DNA from: Gemmatimonadota bacterium
GTDB lineage: Bacteria; Gemmatimonadota; Gemmatimonadetes; Gemmatimonadales; GWC2-71-9
DNA: 62,225 nt
Direction of reading: 5' to 3'
Assembly (NCBI GenBank): GCA_039591485.1
Contig: JBDHDN010000001.1
Span: 1-62,225 of the forward strand
A program made the position numbers and the translations under genes. Of this stretch, positions 9,623-18,060 are shown in pieces. Below the pieces are notes generated by a model. It was not told the origin of the DNA, searched no databases, and saw only the letters and a list, made by a program, of their open reading frames with translations. The stretch's first letter is position 1. Every line of letters begins with the position of its first letter.

Positions 9623-9719
9623 CGATCTCCCCTCCCTCCTTGCCGATCCGTAGCTCGACCGTTGTTCCGCACCCCCTCGGACTAGGGTATCCTCGACGTG
9701 CTGCCGGCGCGAGTGCCGC

Positions 9720-10619
9720 TCAGCGGCCCCACCCCAACACGTTCCCCACCACCGACCAGCGCCGCTGTGGGGAGGCGGCTGCTCGGCCGAGAATCCAATG
9801 ATCGTGGAGGGTCTCGATCGTGCCGTCAGCGCGCTTGATGCGGACGAACCGATTGACCGCCTGCCGCAACGTCTCCTCCTGTGCGACGGCGACCACGGTG
9901 GGGACGCGGACCCGAAAACCATTCGGCACGACAACCGAAAACTCCGGGAAGATCATCGAGTAGATCGCGCCCGTCTCGGCCGTAGTGAGAAGCGCGTCGA
10001 TCTCGGCCACGCCCTCGCGGAGGTAGTGCTCGGCGGACGGGATAGCGACGTTCTCGATACCGGGGAATCTGTGTCGCCCAGTGCGTACCAGCACTCCACC
10101 GTCCACGTAACCGACGCGCACTGCGGGCATCTGCTGAATCTGTTCGATCGAGCCGAACTCATCAGCGCGATAGTCGGGCACGACGAGCGCCGCGTGCAGC
10201 TCGAGATACGGATCGGATTCCAGGTACGCCTGCGCCTCACGAACCGCGGAGCCCAGTCCTCCGATCGCGAGGTCGAAGTGGTCCGCGGCGAACGCAGCGT
10301 CGAGTGAACCAGGGCCGTATGGCACCAGGCGCAGTTCGGCCTCCAACTCGACGGCCAGTCGATACGCGAGATCGACGTCCAGACCGACCAGTGCACCGGA
10401 TTGGTTGCGATAGCTGTACGGCGGGTTGCGCGGCAGGTAGCCCACCCGCAGCTCACCGGTGCGGCGGATGCGCTCGAGCCGAGTCTCGCCCGGCTCGAGG
10501 GGTGCCGGGTGAGGTGCCGCCGGCTCGCTGTCCGCGACAGCACCGCCCTCGAAGTACGGCTGCATCGCGATCACGCGGTTGACCGGGCGCGGCTCATCTC
10601 CGATGCTCCAGCGGACCAC
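9720..10619 (-). CDS. Family-3 solute-binding protein (amino-acid-binding type) lacking its own signal peptide
   Basis: Track ORF of 299 aa with SBP_bac_3-like pattern LRVGYLPRNPPYSYRNQSGALVGLDVDLAYRLAVEL..DLAIGGL..; there is no N-terminal hydrophobic segment. It is in frame with the upstream symporter and separated from it only by TAA plus 4 codons. Confidence 0.75.
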   Translation of the reverse strand: MVRWSIGDEPRPVNRVIAMQPYFEGGAVADSEPAAPHPAPLEPGETRLERIRRTGELRVGYLPRNPPYSYRNQSGALVGLDVDLAYRLAVELEAELRLVPYGPGSLDAAFAADHFDLAIGGLGSAVREAQAYLESDPYLELHAALVVPDYRADEFGSIEQIQQMPAVRVGYVDGGVLVRTGRHRFPGIENVAIPSAEHYLREGVAEIDALLTTAETGAIYSMIFPEFSVVVPNGFRVRVPTVVAVAQEETLRQAVNRFVRIKRADGTIETLHDHWILGRAAASPQRRWSVVGNVLGWGR

Positions 10620-10631
10620 CGCGTGGTTGAG

Positions 10632-11900
10632 TTACAACGCGGCCGCCACGGCGACGACGGATCCGGCGAGCCAGCCGGCGGTGCGTCCAGTCTGCCAGCG
10701 CAGCCAGCCACGCTCGCTCGAGACCGTGAGCAACGAGAACGCCGTCAGATGCATGACACCCAGTAGGTCACCAAAGCGCGCACTCCAGATCCCCGACACG
10801 ACGAACAGCGCGACCAGGTCGGCCGGCATGCGGAACAGTCCCAGCAGGAACGGGATGGCAACCACCGGACTCCCGAAGATGCTGAGGAGGCCAACCGAGA
10901 GCAGGAGCGGATAATCCGTCACCTCGAGCGGCTTGCCGATGAACCACGCCGCGAACGGGATGAACAGGACGGAGAGGATCTTTCCGGCGTTGGGAAACGG
11001 ATACGCTAGCGGGACCAAGACGTCCGCAGCCCCCTGCGTCTCGGTGTCCGCGCGGTGTGCGGCGAGCAGGGCGCGTACGTCCTCGATGATCATCGGCAGT
11101 ACTGCGAAGAGCTTGCCCGTGGCAAACGCGGTGAGGAGCGTGCCGCGCGTGCGGCCGAGCAGTTCCCGATACCCGAACGGCGAGAGCCCCGCGACGGTCG
11201 CCGGGAACAGCACGAAAGTGAGCAGCACGATCCCGATGGAGAACGTGACCACATACCCCCCGAGACGGAGCCACTCGGCGGGGGAGGTCGTGCCGGCGGC
11301 ACCGGCCGCCAGTGCGAACGTTCCCCACGGCGACAGTCGAATCACGGCGTGGGAGATGTTGCCCAGGGCATCGCTCACCACGTGCAACGGGTCGAGCAGG
11401 CGCCGCTTCTCGCCGAGCGGGATGAGGGCGATGCCGAGGAGGATGCTGAACAGCACCGCCGCAGGCACGACGTTGTTGGCAAGGGCGCCAAACGGGTTGG
11501 TCGGAATGTAGAGACCGAGGAAATCGAATCCAGCGCTGTCCTCGATCAGGCTGGCACTGAAGAACGTGCCTGCCTGCCACTTCGGGAGTGAGAGGGGCAG
11601 CACCACGACGAGCGCAAGCGCGACACCCCACAACACGAGCAGAACCCGGGATCCATGACGGGCGACGTGGGCCGCGCGCTCGTACGTGAAGCCGCCGATC
11701 CTGCAGATGAGCGACACGACGACGTACGGGAGCACCGTCATCTGGAGCAGCCCCACATAGATGTCACCCAGCACCTGGACGGGCGCGCTCCACTCCCCGA
11801 GGAACACACCGAGGGCGATGCCCGCGAGCACGCCAACGAGGATCCGCGTGCCGAGGGTCAGGCGGCGCGGATTGCTACGATCTTCCGGATCCTCCGCCAT
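10632..11900 (-). CDS. Dicarboxylate/amino acid:cation symporter (DAACS/SDF family, GltP-like) with an extra C-terminal hydrophobic segment
   Basis: Track ORF of 422 aa with multiple TM and hairpin segments typical of the SDF family (..VLPYVVVSLI.., ..NAGKILSVLFIPFAAWF..). The C-terminus TAGWLAGSVVAVAAAL ends in TAA. Confidence 0.85.
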   Translation of the reverse strand: MAEDPEDRSNPRRLTLGTRILVGVLAGIALGVFLGEWSAPVQVLGDIYVGLLQMTVLPYVVVSLICRIGGFTYERAAHVARHGSRVLLVLWGVALALVVVLPLSLPKWQAGTFFSASLIEDSAGFDFLGLYIPTNPFGALANNVVPAAVLFSILLGIALIPLGEKRRLLDPLHVVSDALGNISHAVIRLSPWGTFALAAGAAGTTSPAEWLRLGGYVVTFSIGIVLLTFVLFPATVAGLSPFGYRELLGRTRGTLLTAFATGKLFAVLPMIIEDVRALLAAHRADTETQGAADVLVPLAYPFPNAGKILSVLFIPFAAWFIGKPLEVTDYPLLLSVGLLSIFGSPVVAIPFLLGLFRMPADLVALFVVSGIWSARFGDLLGVMHLTAFSLLTVSSERGWLRWQTGRTAGWLAGSVVAVAAAL

Positions 11901-11978
11901 CAGGCTCCATGAGCGCGACGGTTCAGCAGCGCGGTCTCACGACAAACGGTGCAGCGGGCGCGTCGCGATCCGATGTCC

Positions 11979-14900
11979 TCACGCCTCCTGCCTACGCAGT
12001 CGCTTCCACCCCTGCTCGACGACCACGTATAGCACCGGGATGAAGAACACGCCGAGGATCGTGTACATCAGCATACCGCCAAACACGGCCGTGCCGAGCG
12101 ATACCCGGCTGCGCGCACCGGCGCCGCTCGCGATCACGAGCGGGATCACGCCAAGGATGAACGAGAACGCGGTCATCAGGATCGGCCGGAAGCGGAGCCT
12201 GGCGGCGGTGGACGCCGCCTCGATCAACGGCTTGCCCTCCTTCTCGTGCTGCTGCTTGGCGAACTCGACGATCAGGATCGCGGTCTTCGCCGACAGCGCA
12301 ATGAGCAGCACGATGCCGATCTGCATGTAGACATTGTTCTCCATCGGCTGGATCAGGCCGCGGAGCAGCGCGAACGTCACCGCACCCAGGATGGCCATCG
12401 GCACCGACAACATGACCGACAGCGGGTTGGCCCAGCTCTCGTACTGCGCCGCTAAGAAGAGGAACGCGAACACGATTGCGAGGCTGAAGATGATGGGCGC
12501 GAGGTTGCCCGCCTCTTTCTGCTGGTAGGTCACGCCCGACCACTCGAAACCCATCTGCCCCGGTAGCACCTCGGCCGCGAGCGCCTCGATCTCGTCGGTT
12601 GCCTGGCCGTCAGAGTACCCGGACTCGGGCGAACCCGTCACGGTCGCCGAGCGGAACAGGTTATAGCGCAGGATCACCTGCGGCCCGACCGTGTCCCTGA
12701 CGGATACGACCGTGCCGAGCGGGATCATGTGCCCCTGGAGATCGCGCACCTCGAGCCGCCGGATGTCGTCGGACGTGGCCCGGAACTGCTGATCTGCTTG
12801 CACCATCACCCGCCAGGTACGTCCGAACAGGTTGAAGTCGTTCACATAGGCGGAGCCGAGGTTCGCCTGCAGCGTATTGAACACGGACTGGAGCGGCACC
12901 CCGAGTGTCTTGACCTTCTCCCGATCGACGGCCGCAAAGAGCTGCGGCACGTTCGCCCGGAAGTTCTGGTTCAGCCGCGTGAGCACCGGACTCGCGTTGC
13001 CTGCAGCGACGAGATCATTGGCGAACGTCTCGAGCTGCAGGAGACCGACACCACCGAGATCCTGGAGTCGCATCTCGAAGCCGCCGGCGGAGCCGAGGCC
13101 CGAGATCGGCGGCGGTGCGAAAGGAAACACGACGCCTTCCCGGATCTGCGCCAGCTGCGGCGCCGACTGTCGCATCAATCCCCACAGCGACAGCGCCAGG
13201 CCCGGCCGGTCATCCCAGTGATCGAGGGTCACGATACTGAACCCGAAGTTCGAGCCCGCCGTGCCGTTGAGCAGCGAGTAGCCACCCACCGTCAGGACGT
13301 TCTGCACGCCTTCCATGTCGCCGTAGATGCCGTTGACTCGGTCCATCACGGTGCGCGTGCGCTCCAGCGACGCGCCCGGCGGGAGCTCGGCGTTAACGAA
13401 GAAGTAGCCCTCGTCCTCGTTGGGGACGAAGCCGCCCGGCACCCAGCCGAAGCCGAGCACCATCAGCACGAGCATCACGGCGAAGGCGAGCACCATCGCC
13501 CGCGTCTTCCCCAGAATGGCATCGACGATGCCCGTGTACCGTCCCGACAAGGCGTCGAACTTCGCATCGAACCAGGTGAAGAACCGGCCTTTGCGCCGCT
13601 CGCCGCCGGCCGGCCGGAGCACCAAACCGCACAGGGCGGGGCTCAGCGTCAACGCATTGACCGACGACAGCACCGTGGCGACGGAGATGGTCGCCGCGAA
13701 CTGCTTGTACAGCCGACCAGTGAGGCCCGGCATGATCATCGTAGGAACGAACACCGCGAGCAGCACCAGCGTCGTCGCCACAACCGCGCCCCCCACCTCG
13801 TACATCGTCTTGCTGGCCGCCTCCTTGGGCGGCAGCCCCTCCTCGTCCATGATCCGCATCGTGTTTTCGGTCACCATGATGGAATCGTCCACCACGATGC
13901 CGATGGCGAGGATCAAGCCGAACAGGCTCAGGTTGTTGATCGAGAACCCCGCCGCCAGCAAGACGGCAAAGGTGCCGATGAGCGAGACCGGGATCGCGAC
14001 GGTCGGAACGAGCGTGGGGCGCCAATCCTGCAGGAAGATGAATACCACGGCCACGACCAGCACCACCGCCATCAGCAGGGTCGTGATCACTTCCTTGATC
14101 GACTGGGTGATGTAGCGAGTCGAATCGTACGGCACGGCCCACGCGAGCCCCTCCGGGAACCGTGCTTCCAAGGTGGCCATCGCCTGCTTGACCCCGTTGG
14201 CGACCTCGACCGCATTGGCCCCCGGCAGCTGGTAGATCCCGATCATGCTCGTCGGGCGCCCGTCCATCTCGGCGTACCACGAGTAGTTCTGCGACCCCAG
14301 CTCGATCCTGGCCACGTCGCGCAGCCGGACCAGCTCCCCCTCAGCTCCGGTCTTGACGATGATGTTCTCGAACTCAGCGGGATCGGTGAGGCGGCCGAGG
14401 GTGTTGATGTTGTACTGGAACTGCTGGCCCGTCTCGATCGGAGGAGCGCCGATCTGCCCTGCCGCTACTTGGACGTTTTGTTCGCGCAGCGCGCCGACGA
14501 TTTCGTCGGTCGTGAGGCCGCGGGATCTGAGCTTGGCGGGATCGATCCACACCCGCATGCCGAAATCCTTGGCCCCGAAGATCATCACGCTTCCGACACC
14601 GGGGATGCGCGCCAGCACGTCCTTGACCTGCGTGGTGGCGTAATTGCTGAGGAAGATGTCGTCGTACCGGCCGTCTGGCGCGTTGAGCACGACCGCCAGC
14701 ACCATGCTGGTGGACTGTTTCTCCACCTTCACACCCTGCCGCTTGACCTCTTCGGGCAGCAGGGGCTCGGCGATGGCCACCCGATTCTGCGTGAGCACGG
14801 CGGCCATGTCGGGGTCGGTCCCGATCCGGAACGTGACCGTGATGCTCATGCTGCCGTCGCTGGAACTGATCGACGACATGTAGATCATGTTCTCGACGCC

Positions 14901-15119
14901 ATTCACCTGCTGCTCGATCGGACTGGTGACCGTCTCCTCGACTACCTGCGCGTTGGCACCGGGGTACGTGGTGGAGATCTTGACGGTCGGCGGCGTGATG
15001 TCGGGCATGCTCGCCACCGGCAGGAGCGGGATCGACAACCCTCCCAGCAGCACGATGACGATCGAGATCACCATCGCGAAGATGGGCCGATTGATGAACA
15101 TCGAGCTGAACGCGCCCAC
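11979..15119 (-). CDS. RND efflux transporter permease (AcrB/MexB-like, HAE1)
   Basis: Track ORF of 1046 aa starting ..MFINRPIFAMVISIVIVLLG.., with 12-TM/large-loop architecture and conserved RND motifs throughout. Confidence 0.95.
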   Translation of the reverse strand: MGAFSSMFINRPIFAMVISIVIVLLGGLSIPLLPVASMPDITPPTVKISTTYPGANAQVVEETVTSPIEQQVNGVENMIYMSSISSSDGSMSITVTFRIGTDPDMAAVLTQNRVAIAEPLLPEEVKRQGVKVEKQSTSMVLAVVLNAPDGRYDDIFLSNYATTQVKDVLARIPGVGSVMIFGAKDFGMRVWIDPAKLRSRGLTTDEIVGALREQNVQVAAGQIGAPPIETGQQFQYNINTLGRLTDPAEFENIIVKTGAEGELVRLRDVARIELGSQNYSWYAEMDGRPTSMIGIYQLPGANAVEVANGVKQAMATLEARFPEGLAWAVPYDSTRYITQSIKEVITTLLMAVVLVVAVVFIFLQDWRPTLVPTVAIPVSLIGTFAVLLAAGFSINNLSLFGLILAIGIVVDDSIMVTENTMRIMDEEGLPPKEAASKTMYEVGGAVVATTLVLLAVFVPTMIMPGLTGRLYKQFAATISVATVLSSVNALTLSPALCGLVLRPAGGERRKGRFFTWFDAKFDALSGRYTGIVDAILGKTRAMVLAFAVMLVLMVLGFGWVPGGFVPNEDEGYFFVNAELPPGASLERTRTVMDRVNGIYGDMEGVQNVLTVGGYSLLNGTAGSNFGFSIVTLDHWDDRPGLALSLWGLMRQSAPQLAQIREGVVFPFAPPPISGLGSAGGFEMRLQDLGGVGLLQLETFANDLVAAGNASPVLTRLNQNFRANVPQLFAAVDREKVKTLGVPLQSVFNTLQANLGSAYVNDFNLFGRTWRVMVQADQQFRATSDDIRRLEVRDLQGHMIPLGTVVSVRDTVGPQVILRYNLFRSATVTGSPESGYSDGQATDEIEALAAEVLPGQMGFEWSGVTYQQKEAGNLAPIIFSLAIVFAFLFLAAQYESWANPLSVMLSVPMAILGAVTFALLRGLIQPMENNVYMQIGIVLLIALSAKTAILIVEFAKQQHEKEGKPLIEAASTAARLRFRPILMTAFSFILGVIPLVIASGAGARSRVSLGTAVFGGMLMYTILGVFFIPVLYVVVEQGWKRLRRQEA

Positions 15120-15122
15120 GGC

Positions 15123-16328
15123 TCAGTTCTCCTCGGCGGACGTCGCAGCCTGCTGCGCGGCAGCGACTTCAGCTTCGGTCTGGGGCGTGACCGGGAATCC
15201 GGGACGCGCCCGCAGCATCCCGTTGACGATGTACCGCTCGGTCCCGTCGAGTCCGTCGAGAACTTCGACGGTCCCGCCTTCCTGTCGTGCTCCCAGCGTC
15301 ACATAGCGCTGATCGACGACGTCCTGATCATCCAGGACCATGACGTACTTGCCGCCGAGATCGGTGCCGATCGCCTGCTCCTGCACCACGAGTGCGTTCG
15401 GTCTCTCCCGGCCGACCACCCGGATGCGGACGAATAGGCCAGGAAACAGCGCGTTGTCCTCATTCGGCAGCAGCGCACGCATCTCGATGGTGCCCGTGGT
15501 TGGATCGACGGTGTTGTCGATGAAGTCGATCACCCCCTCGTGTGGATAGTCCGTCTCGTTGGCCAGCGCGACGTTCACGCGCCCAACGCGTTCTTGGTCT
15601 TGAGCGGTGTCGCCCTGCGTAGCCAGAAACGCCAGTACCAGGTCTTCTGGCGCGTCGAAGTACACGTAGATCGGCTGATCCTGATTCACGGTGGCGAGGT
15701 GCGTCGGACCGGTGGCACCCACCAGATTGCCAGGATCGACCAGCCAGCGGCCGACCCGCCCCGCGATGGGACTCCGCACCAGAGTGTACTCCAGATTCAG
15801 CTCGGCATTGGCGAGCCTGGCTCCCGCAGCGACCACTGCCGCCTCTGCTTGGTCCCGCGCAGCCTGTGCCCGATCGAGATCGCTCTGGCTGACGGCGTTC
15901 GTCTGAATCGCCTGTTCGACCCGCTTCAAATCCGATTCGGCCCGGGCCAACTCGGCCTCGGCCGAGCGGAGCGAGCCCTGCGCCTCGTCACGCGCAGCGA
16001 TGTACTGCTCCCGCTCGATCACGAACAGCACCTGGCCCGCGCGCACTCGACGGCTCGGCTCGAAGCGGATCTCCTCCAGGGTACCGGCTACCCGTGCCCG
16101 AATCTCTACCGACTCGACCGCACGCGTGTTGCCGGTGAATTCGGCATACATCCGCACGGTACGCCGCTCCGGCGTCGCCACGGTCACCTGCGGGGGCTGC
16201 GGCGTCGGCGGACTGCCGCCGCAGGCCGCGGCTACGGCTGCGGCAAGGAGCAGTGCGGCCCGCGGGGACGGAGGACGCCGAGAGGGGACTGAAGCGTACA
16301 AGCAGATTGCATCTCTCATCGGTGGCAT
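15123..16328 (-). CDS. RND periplasmic adaptor (membrane fusion protein, AcrA-like) lipoprotein
   Basis: Track ORF of 401 aa with lipobox AAACGG, a coiled-coil hairpin (AEAELARAESDLKRVEQ..) and beta-barrel/MP domains. It ends 4 nt upstream of the RND permease start. Confidence 0.9.
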   Translation of the reverse strand: MPPMRDAICLYASVPSRRPPSPRAALLLAAAVAAACGGSPPTPQPPQVTVATPERRTVRMYAEFTGNTRAVESVEIRARVAGTLEEIRFEPSRRVRAGQVLFVIEREQYIAARDEAQGSLRSAEAELARAESDLKRVEQAIQTNAVSQSDLDRAQAARDQAEAAVVAAGARLANAELNLEYTLVRSPIAGRVGRWLVDPGNLVGATGPTHLATVNQDQPIYVYFDAPEDLVLAFLATQGDTAQDQERVGRVNVALANETDYPHEGVIDFIDNTVDPTTGTIEMRALLPNEDNALFPGLFVRIRVVGRERPNALVVQEQAIGTDLGGKYVMVLDDQDVVDQRYVTLGARQEGGTVEVLDGLDGTERYIVNGMLRARPGFPVTPQTEAEVAAAQQAATSAEEN

Positions 16329-16333
16329 TCCGG

Positions 16334-17854
16334 CTATCGGTCGTTATCAGGTGACCCCGGCGCGCCCGGGGAGCCGCTGGGCGTAACGGCCGCGGTCTGC
16401 TGCCGGTCGGGATCTTCGTCTTCCAGTACCCAGCCGCCACCCAGGGCCTTGTTGAGTCCGATCAGGTTCCGGACGACCTGCCCTTCGCTGGCCGACAACA
16501 GGTCCTGTTGCTGGAACAACGCTCGTTCCGAGTCGAGGTAGCGCTGAAAGTCGGTGAGGCCGGACAAGTACTGGGTACGCACGATGTCGACCGACCGCTG
16601 CGCAGCGGTGACGGCTTCACTCAGACGATCGCGGCGGCGCTTCTCCTGCTCGAACGCCACCAGTGAGTTCTCCACCTCTTCGAGCGCGAGCAGCACCGAC
16701 TGCTCGTAGAGGTAGAGCAACTGCTCCGTGCGGGCTTCCTGGACCTTGATGTTGTTCCGGATCTTGCCGCCGCTGAAGATGTTCCACCGCACGCCGGGCA
16801 CGAGGCTCCACCCGACACTCTCCTCCGTGAACAGATCACCCGCTGTCGGTGCAAACAGCTCGAGGATGCCCGTGAGCGAGAAGGTGGGGAACAGATCGGC
16901 CTTCGCCGCCCCGATCAGCGCCGTTTGCGCGGCCAGCAGCCGCTCCGCGCGCCGGACGTCGGGACGGCGACGGAGTAGCTCCGCGGGCAGGCCCGTCGCG
17001 ATCGACTCGGGCGGCGTGGGGATTGCGCCGCGGTCATTCAGTTCGTCGTGCACCGCACCCGGCTGCTCGCCGAGCAGTACGGCCACGCGGTTGAGCGAGC
17101 TGTGCAGCGCCGTCTCGAGCGTCGGGATCTCGGCCTCGGTTGACGCAAGATTGGTCTCCGCCTGCGACACGTCCAGCCCCGAGACCAGGCCCGCGTTGAA
17201 CCGGTCGCGGGTGAGCTGCACCGTCTCGCCCTGGAGCTCCGCGTTCTGCCGCGCGAACGCAAGCCGGGTCTGGAACGTCCGCACGTCGACGTACGCGGCT
17301 GCGACCTCGGCATACAGCGTCACCAGCACGTCGCGATAGTCCTCGATCGACGCCTGGAACTGGGCGCCGGCCGCCTCATTCTGCCGCCGGATCCGGCCGA
17401 ACACGTCGATCTCCCAGAAGACATCCGCCGAGGCTTGCCAGCTGTCATCCGCCTCGATGGTCTCACCCGAGCCGACGATGATCTGCCCGGCCGGACTGTT
17501 CTCCGAGAGCTGGAAGTACGAGTACGCCCCACCGAGCGTGATGCTCGGGAAGTAGTCGCCGCGCGTAATGCCGCGGGCGGCCCGCGACTCCCGCACGCGG
17601 GACACCGCCGACTTGAGATCGAGATTCGCCAACTCGGCTCGGCGGATGAGATCGGTGAGCACCGAGTCGCCGAGCGACTCCCACCAGAACGTGATGGGGG
17701 GCGACTCCTGGTCCATCTCGGCGGCGACGGCGGTGTGCCAGGCATCGGCCGTCGCGACCTCGGGCTCCACGTAGTTGGGCCCGAGTAAGCAGCCCTGCAG
17801 CAGGAGCGTCGCGGCAACGACACTCCATCCCGGCGGGCGAGGGAGATTGAACAT
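16334..17854 (-). CDS. Efflux outer-membrane factor lipoprotein (NodT/OprM family)
   Basis: Start placed at MFNLPRPPGWSVVAATLLLQGC (lipobox). It shows the duplicated OEP repeat pattern. It is the first gene of the OMF-MFP-RND operon. Confidence 0.9.
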   Translation of the reverse strand: MFNLPRPPGWSVVAATLLLQGCLLGPNYVEPEVATADAWHTAVAAEMDQESPPITFWWESLGDSVLTDLIRRAELANLDLKSAVSRVRESRAARGITRGDYFPSITLGGAYSYFQLSENSPAGQIIVGSGETIEADDSWQASADVFWEIDVFGRIRRQNEAAGAQFQASIEDYRDVLVTLYAEVAAAYVDVRTFQTRLAFARQNAELQGETVQLTRDRFNAGLVSGLDVSQAETNLASTEAEIPTLETALHSSLNRVAVLLGEQPGAVHDELNDRGAIPTPPESIATGLPAELLRRRPDVRRAERLLAAQTALIGAAKADLFPTFSLTGILELFAPTAGDLFTEESVGWSLVPGVRWNIFSGGKIRNNIKVQEARTEQLLYLYEQSVLLALEEVENSLVAFEQEKRRRDRLSEAVTAAQRSVDIVRTQYLSGLTDFQRYLDSERALFQQQDLLSASEGQVVRNLIGLNKALGGGWVLEDEDPDRQQTAAVTPSGSPGAPGSPDNDR

Positions 17855-18011
17855 CAGGCGGACTCCGGTCGGCAGACGTGCGGCGGGGCCGCGGCGAAAC
17901 GACCGCACGAGGGTCTCAAGGAGAGGCAATCTACCCGCCATACGGGCATCGGGAACCCCGGCGAGTACCTGCGGGTGCGATCGCCAACCCGTCGCCTGGC
18001 ACCCCGACTGC

Positions 18012-18020
18012 TGGTATAAT
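18012..18020 (+). promoter_or_regulatory. Extended -10 promoter element TGGTATAAT upstream of the EEP gene
   Basis: A perfect TATAAT (18015-18020) is preceded by TGn, about 40 nt upstream of the ATG at 18061. A weak -35-like TCGCCT lies 17 bp upstream. A perfect AT hexamer is conspicuous in this GC-rich DNA. Confidence 0.45.
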
Positions 18021-18060
18021 CACGGGACGAGCCGGTTGCTCCCACCGCTGAGATCATTCC

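Noticed and set aside
12729-15437. 902-aa plus-strand ORF
   Set aside because: It lies entirely antisense to the RND permease and the MFP adaptor. Its composition is dominated by R/H/D/E/G/P runs. It is a shadow ORF.
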